A stretch of DNA of 64,000 bases, from positions 296,298,001 to 296,362,000 of the forward strand of contig OZ024743.1 in the NCBI GenBank assembly GCA_964016885.1. The letters run 5' to 3'. The notes below the pieces were generated by a model that was not told where the DNA came from, did no database searches, and saw nothing but the letters and a program-made list of their open reading frames with translations. Positions 41,301 to 53,954 of the stretch are shown here, piece by piece (the first letter of the stretch is position 1; each line of letters starts with the position of its first letter). This stretch comes from Eledone cirrhosa. Lineage: Eukaryota. Made by a program: the position numbers and the translations under genes.

Positions 41301-42236
41301 AATCCACCGTGTAAATATTGTTTCTACTTTAGGCACAAGGCCAGCAATTTGAAGGGAAAGGGAAAGTCAATTAAAGCGTCCCTAGTGCATTACTTATAAA
41401 GGAAGAAAATTGTACTCTTTAAAGGTACTTTCTCAAGTATGTAATTAAACTAGTATAACTTGTTGAGGTTGGGAAAAGGTCTCGTTTACAATTCGAAGCA
41501 AATGCGTCATTTTTTCCGTGAGGCGAGTGGCTCCAAGTCGTGGAAATTGGCCACGACCGAGTTCGATTGTTCAGCTTTACTCACTCTTCTCGCTCCTCTT
41601 TCTGAAGACGAATTCCTTCTCCCTCATCTTCTATCCTGTGATTTATAAACTTCTCCACAATCACTCCTATATGCAAATGCGCATGTCCAACCGGTTTCGT
41701 GGCCAAAAAAGAATCTAAGCTATAGTATATAATTGTATCGATGTCAGGTGACTAAATGTCAATAATAACGGATAAATAACGTGTGTCTTATATTCTTACA
41801 TGCTTACTGAGAAGTGATCACAGTTGAAAATATTCATAGCCGGTCTCTTGTATGTTTATTATACATAAAAATATCGTATATGCCGTCATATACTCCTCAA
41901 TTATGAATCACGCTATGTTTGTGCTAGTGCATAGTTACACACACACACATACATACACACACACACACTCACATATATATATATTTATATATATATATAT
42001 ATATATAGATAGATAGATAGATTTCTTTATTTACCATAAAGGCATAAAAAGAAGGGACAAATACAAAGGGGGAGTTTACATATAATCGAGTAAAAAGGGT
42101 GTAACATGAAAATAATCGAAAATAACCTCAAAAGGGAGGGGACGTGATGGGGGTTGCACACACCCCCGAAAAAGTGTGCAATCCTTTGCCCGGGGAGCAC
42201 ATGGAGAAGGTGCTCCCCTCTCCTTTACTTCTTTAC

Positions 42237-45200
42237 CTACAGGATGGTATACAGAGAAGGCCCATTTACACGAGCCATTCTCGCCACTATCACCCACCTT
42301 TCATAAAACTGCCTGTGGCCAAGCACCTCTCTCTCCATTCTTATCCTTCTTCCGAAGTGATATCGGAAGAAGTAGACCAGACTATGGCCAGAGAGGAAGT
42401 TGCCTGACCTCAGACCTTTCAATCGTGTCCACCAAACAACCTCTTTCAACATGGCTATTACGCACAGAAAAACCGCCTTTGCTTCCTTTGTGAAGAGGGG
42501 AGGCGGTTTGATTGTCATCACGGACTCGGCGGTCAATTTAATCGGCGCCACCCGCGACAGCAGTCGTTCGGCGTAGCCCCACAGATCAGCCACGCCCGGA
42601 CATTGCACCAATGCGTGCGCAACGGTTTCTTCGTGACGCACGCATCTAGGGCAAATCTTTTTTGAGGGATCCCTGCCCGGGCGCCCGTGTCTGTAGAGCC
42701 TCTCTCGAACGGGTAGAGCCCCCCGGTAGCACTGCCAGGCCAGTGACTTCTGGAAGTTGTCCATTGGTCCTGGGCCGAAAGTCCTACCGAACAGGCTGGC
42801 CAGTTCGTCTTCTTCCATGTCCAGCGACTCTCCAAGGGTGTCATCGCCCCTGCTAGCCACCAGCCCTCTATAGAATGATGAGGTGGATTCTCCACCGATG
42901 GCCTGGCCCGCTTGCCAGAGAGCCCTGAGCGCCTGAGCACACTCAGTGTGCCAGTCTCCCAGTTTTCCGGATCTTTGCTTGACCCAGGACTGTAGCTCGG
43001 TGAGCGAGACGAGTCTCGGAAAGGCTCGTTTCACGAACGGAGCCCACACCGGTTGACCAGTGAGGAATACCTGTAGGTGCCGTAGCCTTAATGCGTGCCT
43101 ACGCATCATCAACCACGGCATCCCCAGCCCTACTTTCGAAGGTTGTTGGCAGCAGATGGATCTTCTCACCATAGGAGGGCGCTTCTTCCAAAGAAATTGG
43201 AAGAGCATGCGTTCCATGGTGGTGAGTGTTTCCTTAGGGCAAGGCACGACAGTCAGGAGGTAGTAAGTGACGGACGCTATGTAAATGTTCGCCACCTCCG
43301 CCCGGCCTTTTAGGGACAGCTTACACTTGGCCCATTTCTGGGTTAGTGCAAACACCTTGTTCGTAACCTCGTTCCAGTTCTTTTCCACCTGGAGGCCCGG
43401 TCCAAACCAGACCCCAAGCAACTTTACCGGGCCCTCCGTCCAGTGTCCGACGACACCGTCAGGAGGCATCGGTCTGCCTCTCCACGTTCCGAGTTGCAGT
43501 CCGATGGATTTTTCCCGGTTCAGTTTCGCTCCTGACAACCTTTCGTACTTCTCCAGTAAGGTACCGATCGCCTCGATCTTCGAGTCGGTCGATACCATTA
43601 CTGTTACGTCATCGGCGTAGGCCGACACCGCTTTGCTCAATCCTGGTTCCAGGGGGATACCCTGCAACAACTCCAACTTCCTCAGTAAAGGCTCGAGAGA
43701 CAAAACGTACAGAAGGGAGGAGAGAGGGCACCCCTGTCCAATGGATCGTGTGATTTCGAACGGCTTCGAAAGGTAGCCGTTCACCTTGATCCTAGAACAG
43801 ATGTGGTTGCTATGTAAGGCAGTGATCCAGCCTCTGAAAACAGGACCGAACCCAGCCGCCGCTAGCACCGCATCCAGGTAACCATGGTCGACCCTATCGA
43901 AGGCCTTAGACTGATCCAAGTTGATCAGGGCCCCACCGAAGCCGGGTTTGTTGCCAACCCTCTCTATGATGTATCGCATGAGGTGGAGGTTATCGTGAAT
44001 GGACCTGGATGGGATAGCACATGTCTGCGCATCTCCCACCAGACCACCCACGACAAGCGCCAACCTCTTTGCTAACACCTTGGCCCAAATCTTTAACTCT
44101 GTGTTTAGCAGGGTTATGGGCCGAAAATTATTTATACTATCCCCCTTGTTCTCGTCCTTCCTCACCAGCGTGACTACGCCCTTGGCTACAGAACAAGGAA
44201 TTCTCCCGTTCTGCTGCCAATTGCAGTAGACCGCTTCGAGGAGTTCGGAGAAGAAGACCGACATTGCTAAGTAAAGTTCGTAAGGTATACCATCGAGACC
44301 TGGAGATTTGCGTCTGCTGCATTGGCTCAGCGCATCTCCGATCTCATCAGCCGAGATTGGTCCCTCGCAGGACTCTGCCTCTTCGCTCGAGAGACGCGGC
44401 AGGCCGTCGAGGTATGGACCGAAATCCACGCCCTCGCCCGGACCCTCGCCTCCCCCGAACAATCGGGCAAAGTGCCTTTGAAAGGCCTCGCACATCTGCT
44501 TAGGCTCCCGGATCACCCGTCCATCTTCGTCTTGCAACGACCGGATGGTGGATCGATTTCCACTCTTAGCTTCTGTCACGCGGGCCCAGCCAACGGCTTT
44601 GGCCCCCTCATTACCTAGAGCACGTATTTTACTTCGAATGACGCAGCCTTCGTGCTTTGCATCGAAAAACTGGTTCAAGGCCGTCCTCGATGCCAGCACT
44701 CTGGCCACATCTTCGCTCTTGATTGCCTCTTCTAATTTACCTGTTAATTCTTTCTCGTTTCTATTCCTATCGGCAGCTAACATCTTGCTATAACTTATTG
44801 ATTCTGTTCTAATCTCTCTTTTGAGAGATGCCTACCATCGGTTGTTGACGATTGCACCCGTCAACCTCTCCTTAACTAATCTGCTAATCCGGTTTCTGTA
44901 AGTCTCTTTTGCCGGTAAAGACAAATTAAGTTTCCAGTAACCGGGACCCTGTTTATGTGTTTTCTCGAGATTGACTACGCAGGTCACTAATTTGTGGTCC
45001 GTGTAGCCAACCGTGCGCATTTCTGGACAGCTTAATATGTCCCTATCCTTACTTCTAACTAAGAATCTATCTAAGTACGATCTAGATTGACCACTGTGGT
45101 TTCTCCAAGTCCAGGTAGGCACAGTTGGAAAATCTAGTCGATATCTATCGACCAAGTTAAAACGGTCGAGTAACCCCTTGAGGCTGTTACACCCCCCTCT

Positions 45201-45674
45201 ATTAGGACATGCTCCTGCATAGTCCCAACGTGCATCTAGGATGTCATTCCAATCCCCCGCTAGAAGCAGGGAACGCGACGTTCCCAGAAAAGTCTCCAAA
45301 CGCTGGAAGAAGTCGGGCCGTTCAGCTCCGAAAGGGGAGTAGACGGCGACCAGTCTCAAGGCCGCACTTTCACTACTGCCAACGTCTAGCACCAACAAAC
45401 GACCCTCCGGGTCCGAGTGCACAACCTGTACGGCAAGACCCAGGTGTTTTTGCAGCAGTACGACAACCCCACCCCCACCTCCAGGTTGACAGAGAGATGC
45501 ATGCACCTCAAGGTCATCGAAGGTGGGGGCCAGCTGCCGCACGACGCTGATTCGAGTCTCACAGATAACCATTACATTTATACTACATGACCTGAGGTCA
45601 TTTAGAAGCTTTGCTTGCTTCCAAGTTGAGCCCAGGCCACGTGCATTCAAACATCCTACTCTTAACACATCCAT
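42237..45674 (-). pseudogene. Tx1 ORF2 APE endonuclease-reverse transcriptase (one in-frame TAG at 44832-44834)
   Basis: ORFs 44832-45674 and 42237-44783 are in the same frame, 48 nt apart; CLNARG, CETR, GDWN, TDH, AFDRV, QGCPLS, YADD, CPRC..H..C. Confidence 0.93.
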
Positions 45675-45707
45675 GTGGGCGGCAGAGCCAAAGGAGAGTG
45701 TAGAGAC

Positions 45708-47609
45708 CTACCTTTCCGCTTCCCGGGGTTCGGGTTGCACGACTTCCATGGGGTCGGGGGTGTTGGGTGAAGGGGTGTCTTGTGGTGGTGTGGGGTCGTC
45801 AGTGTGTGGTGGGGTTGGGGTGTTTGGAGTTGTGTTGGGGAGGGGAAGGGGAGGGGGAAAGCTTTTTAGTAGGACGCGGTTTATGGGTTTGACAGAGGGT
45901 TGTCCTACGTCCTCCTTAAAATCCTTTTTTAGTTTTTGGTAGAGGTTCATTGGGATCTTTATTAGTTTTAAATGTGGGTAGTTTTCTGAAGAAACAAAGT
46001 TTACACCTTCGGTTTGTACCGAAGGATTATTGTATATGAGTTCATTTAATTTATTATTGTTTCTGTTGATGTAAGTATAGTGTAATGTCTTGTTTTCGGA
46101 TGGTGTGAGTGTTTCGAAGAGGGGAGGGGCAGGTTTGGTTTTGTTTGTTGCTGGAGGGGTGTTTTCTATTTTGTTGGATTGTGTTGAGATTTGGGTGGGG
46201 GTTGTTTGGCCTTGTGTGTTTTGCACATGTTTTCTTTTTTCCCTTTTAATCTGTCTGAAGGACTCCGTTTCGTCCTCCGAATTCGTTGGGTTATCTTCAG
46301 TGTTGGAGGGAAGAGGTATGTTTGCTGGTAATGTTTCCGTGTTGGTTTTCTTTGTGGGGGAGATGGATGTCACTATGTTAGACTGTGTTGTGTGTTGTGT
46401 CTGCGGTGGTTGTGTTGTTTTATTGAGTGAGAGGTTGGGTGGGCCTGTATTTTGTTTTGGGGTAATGTGTTGTGACTGTTTGTGTTGTGGTGGTGGTGTA
46501 GTTTTACTGAGGGACGGGTTGGGTGGGACTGAATTTTGTTGTTTGTTTATCTGTTGTGGTGGTGGTGGTGGTGAAGCTGGTGTTGGTAGCAGGGTTTTCT
46601 TTTTGTTGAGTTGGGGACAAGCGGCCTTCAGGTGCCCTCTGCCTGCACAGATATGGCAGGACGGCCTTCTCCCCTCCACGCTAATGTTTATATACCCGTG
46701 GTCCTCTAATAGGATTCTGTCGGGTATTTGGGCGATGCGTTCAGGCTTCATTTGCACTACCAGCTCTATACCTGTTCCACTGAACGCATTGCCTGTGGTT
46801 TTCCCAATGGAAATCACGTTGTCATTCACTGGATCGATGAAGCCAGCTATGAGCCAGCAGTAGTCCACATCTGGCATCATTGCATCCAGCCATATGCGTT
46901 GAGTTCTTTTACCCATATAAGATGGATAAAAGGTAACATTTTTCGAACGAATCGGTGACAAAGCACATTTTTTTGCCGCCGATTCGTTCTTCATGATAAT
47001 TGCTAGGCTTCCATACAGTCTGTCTTTTCTTATGAAAGTGGTTTTATTAAGTACTTCTGTGAGTACTGTTTTGATATCTGCTTGAGAAGGCTGTTCAGGT
47101 TTTTTTGTACTGTTGTTGATGGTCCGAAACTTGACCGTTCGGCTTTCAATGTCTTTGGTGAATTCTTGAGGCATTTTTACCGATAAAATACCATTCTCTC
47201 CTTCACTTATGTATTGTTTGGCGTCTGTGATTCGTCGTGCCACATCTGAAATGTTTTCCGGTATATAAGTCAAAGATTTCTTTGTTTTCTGTGCAAATGA
47301 AATCTTGTCGTCTGCTTTGCTTTCTGTTATGGTGTTATTTTCAAATGTTATTTTTGTGTTTGTTGTGTCTTTGTTTGTGTTATTAGTATTGTCATGCAAT
47401 TTTTCAAATTTTTTTTTTTCGTTGTTGGAATCCATGTCCAGATTTGTGTTTTCGTCATTTTTTTTCTCCGCAGATTCGTCTGTTTTTATTTTTATTTTTC
47501 CTTCCTTCTCTATGACGTTAGTTGGGAAGGAAGGGGGGACTAAAGCGTGCGAGCTTACAACTCTTACCGCTGTCCCCCCACCACTATTTTCGTTCGCTGC
47601 GTTTAACAT
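45708..47609 (-). CDS. Tx1 ORF1 protein, 633 aa, zinc knuckle
   Basis: Open frame with CHICAGRGHLKAAC and a Pro/Thr-rich linker; homologous to ORF1 pieces of the other copies. Confidence 0.88.
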   Translation of the reverse strand: MLNAANENSGGGTAVRVVSSHALVPPSFPTNVIEKEGKIKIKTDESAEKKNDENTNLDMDSNNEKKKFEKLHDNTNNTNKDTTNTKITFENNTITESKADDKISFAQKTKKSLTYIPENISDVARRITDAKQYISEGENGILSVKMPQEFTKDIESRTVKFRTINNSTKKPEQPSQADIKTVLTEVLNKTTFIRKDRLYGSLAIIMKNESAAKKCALSPIRSKNVTFYPSYMGKRTQRIWLDAMMPDVDYCWLIAGFIDPVNDNVISIGKTTGNAFSGTGIELVVQMKPERIAQIPDRILLEDHGYINISVEGRRPSCHICAGRGHLKAACPQLNKKKTLLPTPASPPPPPQQINKQQNSVPPNPSLSKTTPPPQHKQSQHITPKQNTGPPNLSLNKTTQPPQTQHTTQSNIVTSISPTKKTNTETLPANIPLPSNTEDNPTNSEDETESFRQIKREKRKHVQNTQGQTTPTQISTQSNKIENTPPATNKTKPAPPLFETLTPSENKTLHYTYINRNNNKLNELIYNNPSVQTEGVNFVSSENYPHLKLIKIPMNLYQKLKKDFKEDVGQPSVKPINRVLLKSFPPPLPLPNTTPNTPTPPHTDDPTPPQDTPSPNTPDPMEVVQPEPREAER

Positions 47610-47837
47610 TTGTTAGACGATTGAAATTTTTTTGCCACAAAATTTTTTAAAATAGGTTTTTCACCTCTAGGAGGGGTAAAGATGAGCTGACCCACCGCCT
47701 GACAGTTCAGACGGGGGGTCAAGCTACACAATTGTATCAAAATTAAATTTGAACTCACAAAATTTCCGCAATAAATTTGAACAAAACTTCTGCGCGAAGT
47801 GAATTACATCCACACTGTAGAACAGACGACAGCTAGT

Positions 47838-47870
<33 letters not shown>

Positions 47871-47875
47871 CAGAC

Positions 47876-47952
<77 letters not shown>

Positions 47953-47985
47953 CTTGCATACTTACACACTCATATATATATACAT

Positions 47986-48172
47986 AATTGTTTCTACTAT
48001 TGGCACAAAGCCAACAATTACTCAGTACATTACTGGTACTTTATTTTATCGACCCCGTAAGGATGAAAGGCAAAGTTAACCTCGGCGGGATTTGAACTCA
48101 GAATGGCAAGGGCCGTAACTCTATGCGTCAAAGCATTGCGTCCGACCCTCTACCGATACTACCAATTCACCG
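47986..48172 (-). mobile_element. tRNA-derived SINE (same family as 11403)
   Basis: Reverse-complement match; partial or decayed copies at ~35380-35520, 39115-39200, 61670-61735. Confidence 0.85.
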
Positions 48173-48211
48173 ATACATAATGCATACTTACACACACAAA
48201 TATATACATAC

Positions 48212-48319
<108 letters not shown>

Positions 48320-48575
48320 AATGAAACGAAATTTCATTTCTCACTCTTAGTACGGCTGTTACTTAAATATAAGTATGTATACGTATATACATATATGTAT
48401 ACAGACGTACAGTAGTATGTATATATATACATACATGCACACATATATATATGTACGTATGGATTTACCGAACATTTATTATAATGCTCGGTTTGTTTGT
48501 AAACAAACATCCCGAATTAAGCCGTACAGTGTTTAGCAACCATCGTTGCCCTTTTGTTCAACACTGACAAAGGAA

Positions 48576-48616
48576 CAATGTACTAGTTTCAAGCTTATTA
48601 GCTATCGTCAGCAACG
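48576..48616 (-). ncRNA. Minimal hammerhead motif
   Basis: CGTTG-CTGACGA-tAGCTaataAGCTt-GAAA-ctag-TA-CATTG; stem I has a U-U mismatch. Confidence 0.75.
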
Positions 48617-49420
48617 TATACCTTCCTGCCAGATGATGGAACGTCTGAAAGTATATACTTTCCTTGTGCATATTAACGGCTGAGCAGCCTAATTTGCATA
48701 TCGGGTGAGTTAATCGGCCGGGCGCACCGAAAACGATAAATGGAAAAAATGAAACGAAATTTCATTTCTCACTCTTAGTACGGCTGTTACTTAAATATAA
48801 GTATGTATACGTACATACATATATGTATACAGACGTACAGTAGTATGTATATATATACATACATGCACACATATATATATGTACGTATGGTTTACCGAAC
48901 ATTTATTATAATGCCCGGTTTGTTTGTAAACAAACATCCCGAATTAAGCCGTACAGTGTTTAGCAACAATCGTTGCCCTGTTGTTCAACACTGACAAAGG
49001 AACGATGTACTAGTTTCAATCTTATTAGCTAAATTCAAGCTTATTTGCAAAAGGGCAACGATGGTTGCTAAACACTGTACGGCTTAATTCGGGAAGTTTG
49101 TTTACAAACAAACCGAGCATTATAATAAATGTTCAGTAAATCCATACGTACATATATATATGTGTGCATGTATGTATATATATATATACATACTACTGTA
49201 CGTCTGTATACATATATGTATGTACGTATACATACTTATATTTAAGTAAAAGCTGTACTAAGAGTGAGAAATGAAATTTCGTTTCATTTTTTCCATTTAT
49301 CGTTTTCGGTGTGCCCGGCCGACTGAACTCACTCGATATGCAAATTAGGCTGCTCAGCCGTTAATATGCATAAGGAAAGTATATACTTTCAGACGTTCAA
49401 TCATCTGGCAGGAAGGTATA

Positions 49421-49461
49421 CGTTGCTGACGATAGCTAATAAGCTTGAAACTAGTACATTG
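49421..49461 (+). ncRNA. Minimal hammerhead motif (inverted copy)
   Basis: Same sequence as 48576-48616 on the plus strand. Confidence 0.75.
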
Positions 49462-49527
49462 TTCCTTTGTCAGTGTTGAACAAAAGGGCAACGATGGTTG
49501 CTAAATACTGTACGGCTTAATTCGGGA

Positions 49528-51490
49528 TTGCAGGGGTATATTTCAGGGGGACAGTCTCTCTGTGATATTATTCATCTTGTCATTAAACCCCTTGTCCTTT
49601 TCTGCTCAAGAAATGTGAGGCATACATCATTGGCTCACAGGAGGACAGAAATACGAACCTAACCCATAATTTCTTTGTGGACGATCTGAAACTCTATGCC
49701 AAGAACATGGATGGGATGAAGAAAAAGTTTGACCTGGTTACAACGTTCTCAAAGGATATAGGAATGGAGTTTGGCCAAGATAAATGCTCATACATGACTG
49801 TAAAGCGGGGAAAAACAACAACCCAATCTAGCAACATTGTCATCAATGGCCTAACTGTTTCACCGATATCTGATGAGGACTGCTACAGATACCTGGGGAT
49901 AGATGAGAACATATCCTATAATGGTATCTGTAATAAAGAACGCGTAACCAGGGAATACTACACCCGATTAAGAAAGATCTGGTCATCGGAACTCTCTATG
50001 CAAAACAAAACAGTGGCTCACAATGTGTTTGCTGTGCCTGTCCTAACACCAACGTTTGGAATACTCAATTGGACGATAGACGAAATCCGAGCAGTTGATG
50101 TAGGAACTCGAAAAATACTGAACAACACCGGAAACTTCCACATCAACAGTGACATAGACCGCCTTTACTTGAAAGGGCGGCAGAGGCCTAACATCAGACT
50201 TGAGCAGGGAGGCAGAAGCCTAACATCAGTCCAGACAACATTTGAATGTCGCATCATATCTCTCCGACAACATCTACGAACCTCGAAGCGTAGGAGCCCG
50301 TTTCTAGAGCAAGTCTATCTGCATGAAACAGATAAGATCATGAGAGTTGGGAAGAAACTCCTTGAGAGATATTCCCTGTGTGATAATCAAAAACTCACAC
50401 CCAGGGATGTCGCTCACCAGTATCGCAGTGAATCCATGGATGAAAAACTGCATGCCTATCAGCAAAAAATCATGCATGGATATGTTGCCAGGAAGCTCCA
50501 GAGTGAGAGTAATATAGATAAGGAAAGTAGTCTATCTTGAACCAACAACCGCTATATTGGCTCTCACTTTGAAGGATACGCTTTTGCAATCCAGGAACAG
50601 GAGATTAGCACGAAATACCTGATTCACAACAGAGATAGGGATGCAGGCAAAACACCTAGATGTGATAACAAGTGCAGACTCTGCAGAACTAACATCGAGG
50701 ATATCACCCATGTCATCAGCAGCTGTCCAAAGATGTCATCGCGGTACTATCTACCTATGAGGCATGATGTAGTGGCCAAAACACTGTACAATGCAGTTCG
50801 TAAAAAAGATAGCCCCGATAATAAACACATTAAAAGCTACAACAATGTGGAAGACATCCATGTACATAATATGAAAGAGTACTGGTGGAATATTCCAGTA
50901 AAAACCCCAATAAAATGCAGGCATAACAGACCAGATACTATGATATGGGACAGGGAGAAGAAAACATGCACAGTAGTGGAAATTAGCTGCCCAGCAGATG
51001 CTAATATAATATCAAAGATTAGTGAAAAGGAGAATATTTATGCAAAACTGACGAGAAATCTGCAGATACTCCACCCTGATTACACCTTCAGATTTATGCC
51101 TGTGATTATTGGGGCACTGGGATATGTTAGTAAATGCCGCAATACAAACCTTGAGAAGCTAGGCTTCACAGGAACAGAAAGAACACAACTAGTTAGGAAA
51201 TTACAAGTACAAACCATTAATGGAACAGTAAAAATATGTAAAATATTCCTAAAATTTTGCATCTAATAACTGCATATACACATGTACAGATACAAAGCAT
51301 ATACAGATGCACACATACAACTCAAAACATCCACATCCACACATACAATAACATCCATATCTACACATGCATACATACATATCTACCTAGCTGATGTTGT
51401 GTAAATTCCAATGACAGAGTCTTGTGTCTATGTTAGAAACCGACTCTCTCTCTATTGGTAAAACTTTGTTAAATTATAAAACCAGAAGGA
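49528..51490 (+). mobile_element. 5'-truncated R4/Dong-like RLE non-LTR retrotransposon
   Basis: RGIFQGDSLS, FVDDLKLY, GGRSL, CRLC..EDITHVISSC, RHD, RPD..VEISCP..K..Y, PVIIGALG; in-frame stop at 50538-50540. Confidence 0.92.
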
Positions 51491-51491
51491 T

Positions 51492-51851
51492 TTGAGAAGC
51501 TAGGCTTCACAGGAACAGAAAGAACACAACTAGTTAGGAAACTACAAGTACAATCCATTAATGGAACAGTAAAAATATGTAAAACATTCCAAAAATGTTG
51601 CATCTAATAACTGCATATACACATGTACAGATACAAAGCATATACACATGCACACATACAACTCAAAACATACACATCCACACATACAATAAGATCCATA
51701 TACATATCTACCTAGTTGATGTTGTGTAAATTCCAATGAGAGAGTCTTGTGTCTATGTTAGAAACCGACTCTCTCTCAATTGGTAAAACTTTGTGAAATT
51801 ATAAAACCAGAAGGACATATACATACATACATACATACATACATACATACA

Positions 51852-51882
<31 letters not shown>

Positions 51883-52247
51883 GTTAGTAACTGCCTCAAT
51901 ACAAATCTTGAGAAGCTAGGCTTCACAGGAACAGAAAGAACACAACTAGTTAGGAAACTACAAGTACAATCCATTAATGGAACAGTAAAAATATGTAAAA
52001 CATTCCAAAAGGTTTGCATCTAATAACTGCATATACACATGTACAGATACAAAGCATATACACATGCACACATACAACTCAAAACATACACATCAACACA
52101 TACAATAAGAGCCATATCTACACATGCATACACACATATCTACCTAGTTGATGTTGTGTAAATTCCAATGAGAGAGTCTTGTGTCTATGTTAGAAACCGA
52201 CTCTCTCTCTATTGGTAACACTTTGTGAAATTATAAAACCAGAAGGG
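51492..52247 (+). repeat. Two further 3'-end copies of the R4/Dong element
   Basis: 51492-51815 and 51879-52247 repeat ~51122-51490; each is followed by (CATA)n. Confidence 0.92.
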
Positions 52248-52599
52248 CATATACATACATACATACATACATACGTACATACGTACATACATACATACAT
52301 ACATACATACATACATACATACATACATACATACATACATACATACATACATACATACAAGTAAGTGAAAAGTGAATGTGTATGTGAGGTTGAAATTTTG
52401 ATATGTCATAGTGGCTGTCAAATTTAGCAATCTAATTAAACTTTGCAGCTGTTTGCCAATGAAATAATTAATGTTATTATGTTGAAATAAATTGCAGAAA
52501 CCAAAATTCAAGAGATCAACTTGCTGATATGAATTGTTACAAGACGCTAAGCTCGAAGACTCATCAACAGCAACAGTAACGGCATTATCTCATCAAGGT

Positions 52600-52722
52600 C
52601 ACCATCATCATCATCATCATCGTCGTCATCATCATCATCATTACTATCATCATCGGCTCTATCTTCGTCATTACAATATTAAAAATAGTAATTGTTATTA
52701 TAATCATAATTATTATTATTAT

Positions 52723-52770
<48 letters not shown>

Positions 52771-52829
52771 AAGAAGAAGAAGAAGAAGAAGAAGAAGAAG
52801 AAGAAGAAGAAGAAGAAGAAGAAGAAGAA
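52600..52829. repeat. Chained (CAT)n, (TAT)n, (TAG)n, (GAA)n microsatellites
   Basis: Direct reading. Confidence 0.9.
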
Positions 52830-53954
52830 ATGGGTGAAATAGGATGAGTTGGATACATTTAATAATAATTTCTCGTCAAAAATAATGGTTTTAATTAAGC
52901 GATGTTTGCGTCAAAACTAAGATAAATCTGCAACCAAGATTTCGATTTCATGTTGGTAATAGCTATTTGACAGAAAGACAAGCAAATAGCGGGGCTTGCC
53001 CAGCCGCTTCCTCTTTGCACCAGTCGCTGTCGAGCTACTCTGTAAAATCGGAACGTCAGCAGCCCGTCTAAGGAAGGAGCCCCGCGTGGTGGGGTGGCTG
53101 TTGCACTGGGTATCGTTGGCCATTGTCCGCGGAAATGCAGTTTTGTTCGCGAGGTGCAGCCGAAGTACCGCCCCGACCTCAGTCACCTTCTCTCCTTCCC
53201 CTTCTCTTTCTTCCATTGACAAATAGTCCTTGCTCTTTCCCTCCTTTTGTTCTCATTTAAGGCATTTATAGTCTTTTCCTTTACTTTCCTATACAGCCAG
53301 ATCTGCATTTCTTTATCCCTTTCCCACTCCCTCTTTTTTTGGTACTTATATTAATTATCAGTTTGTGAGGCAATGGTATCCGAAATGGTTTCAAAATTCA
53401 TAGGTGTTCATAACCTTTGCCTGTCCGTTTATATGTGTTCATAACCTTTGCCAACTGTTTCACTTTTCCTCAGTATCATATTAAAAACGCTTTATATTAT
53501 AGATTTCAATGAGAAATAATAATATACATGGGTAAATAATCTCACTTATATAACATATGTTCTATCTCACTGACCACTGAGACTGATGATATGTCAACCA
53601 CGAAAAATTACGTAACGTGAATTATATGATTCAAACAAGTGCAAAGTGCATTGGCAAATGTAATGTTCACTTTCGTAAGCAATTCACTTTCCAGTTGTCA
53701 ACAATACATATATGTGTGCGCGTGTGTATTTACTAACAAAAAACCGCCCGTCGGTGTTATGTCTGCAAGAACATACGCGTTTCGTGTTCCTGTTATGTAT
53801 TCGGTGTCGCAGAGGTCTTAATAATATATTTAAACTAGCCACATGAGCTTGAGTTGCTCTATGCCTTGGATATCTCTACCAAGATATATATATATATGCA
53901 TATATATATGCATATATATATATATATGCATATATATATATATATATATATATA

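Larger units (their letters stand above)
42021..47836 (-). mobile_element. Full-length near-intact Tx1-like retrotransposon in (GATA)n
   Basis: Intact ORF1, ORF2 with one stop, AATAAAGAAAT 3' end; (GATA)n at 42007-42021 and 47837-47953. Confidence 0.96.
48321..49527. repeat. 428-bp hammerhead-containing tandem repeat plus inverted block (retrozyme-like)
   Basis: Unit starts at 48321 and 48749; second unit stops at ~49031; 49048-49527 is the reverse complement spanning a unit junction. Confidence 0.92.

Noticed and set aside
48629-48663. CAGATGA...GAAAGTATATACTTTC second-polarity ribozyme in the 428-bp unit
   Set aside because: Core mismatch and no stem I; only a 16-nt palindrome is supported
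52917-53226. GC-rich overlapping ORFs as a host gene
   Set aside because: No recognisable domain; may be an old L1/Tx1 3' end followed by a pyrimidine-rich UTR
53575-53620. CTGATGA...GAAA candidate
   Set aside because: Neither stem I nor stem II pairs convincingly
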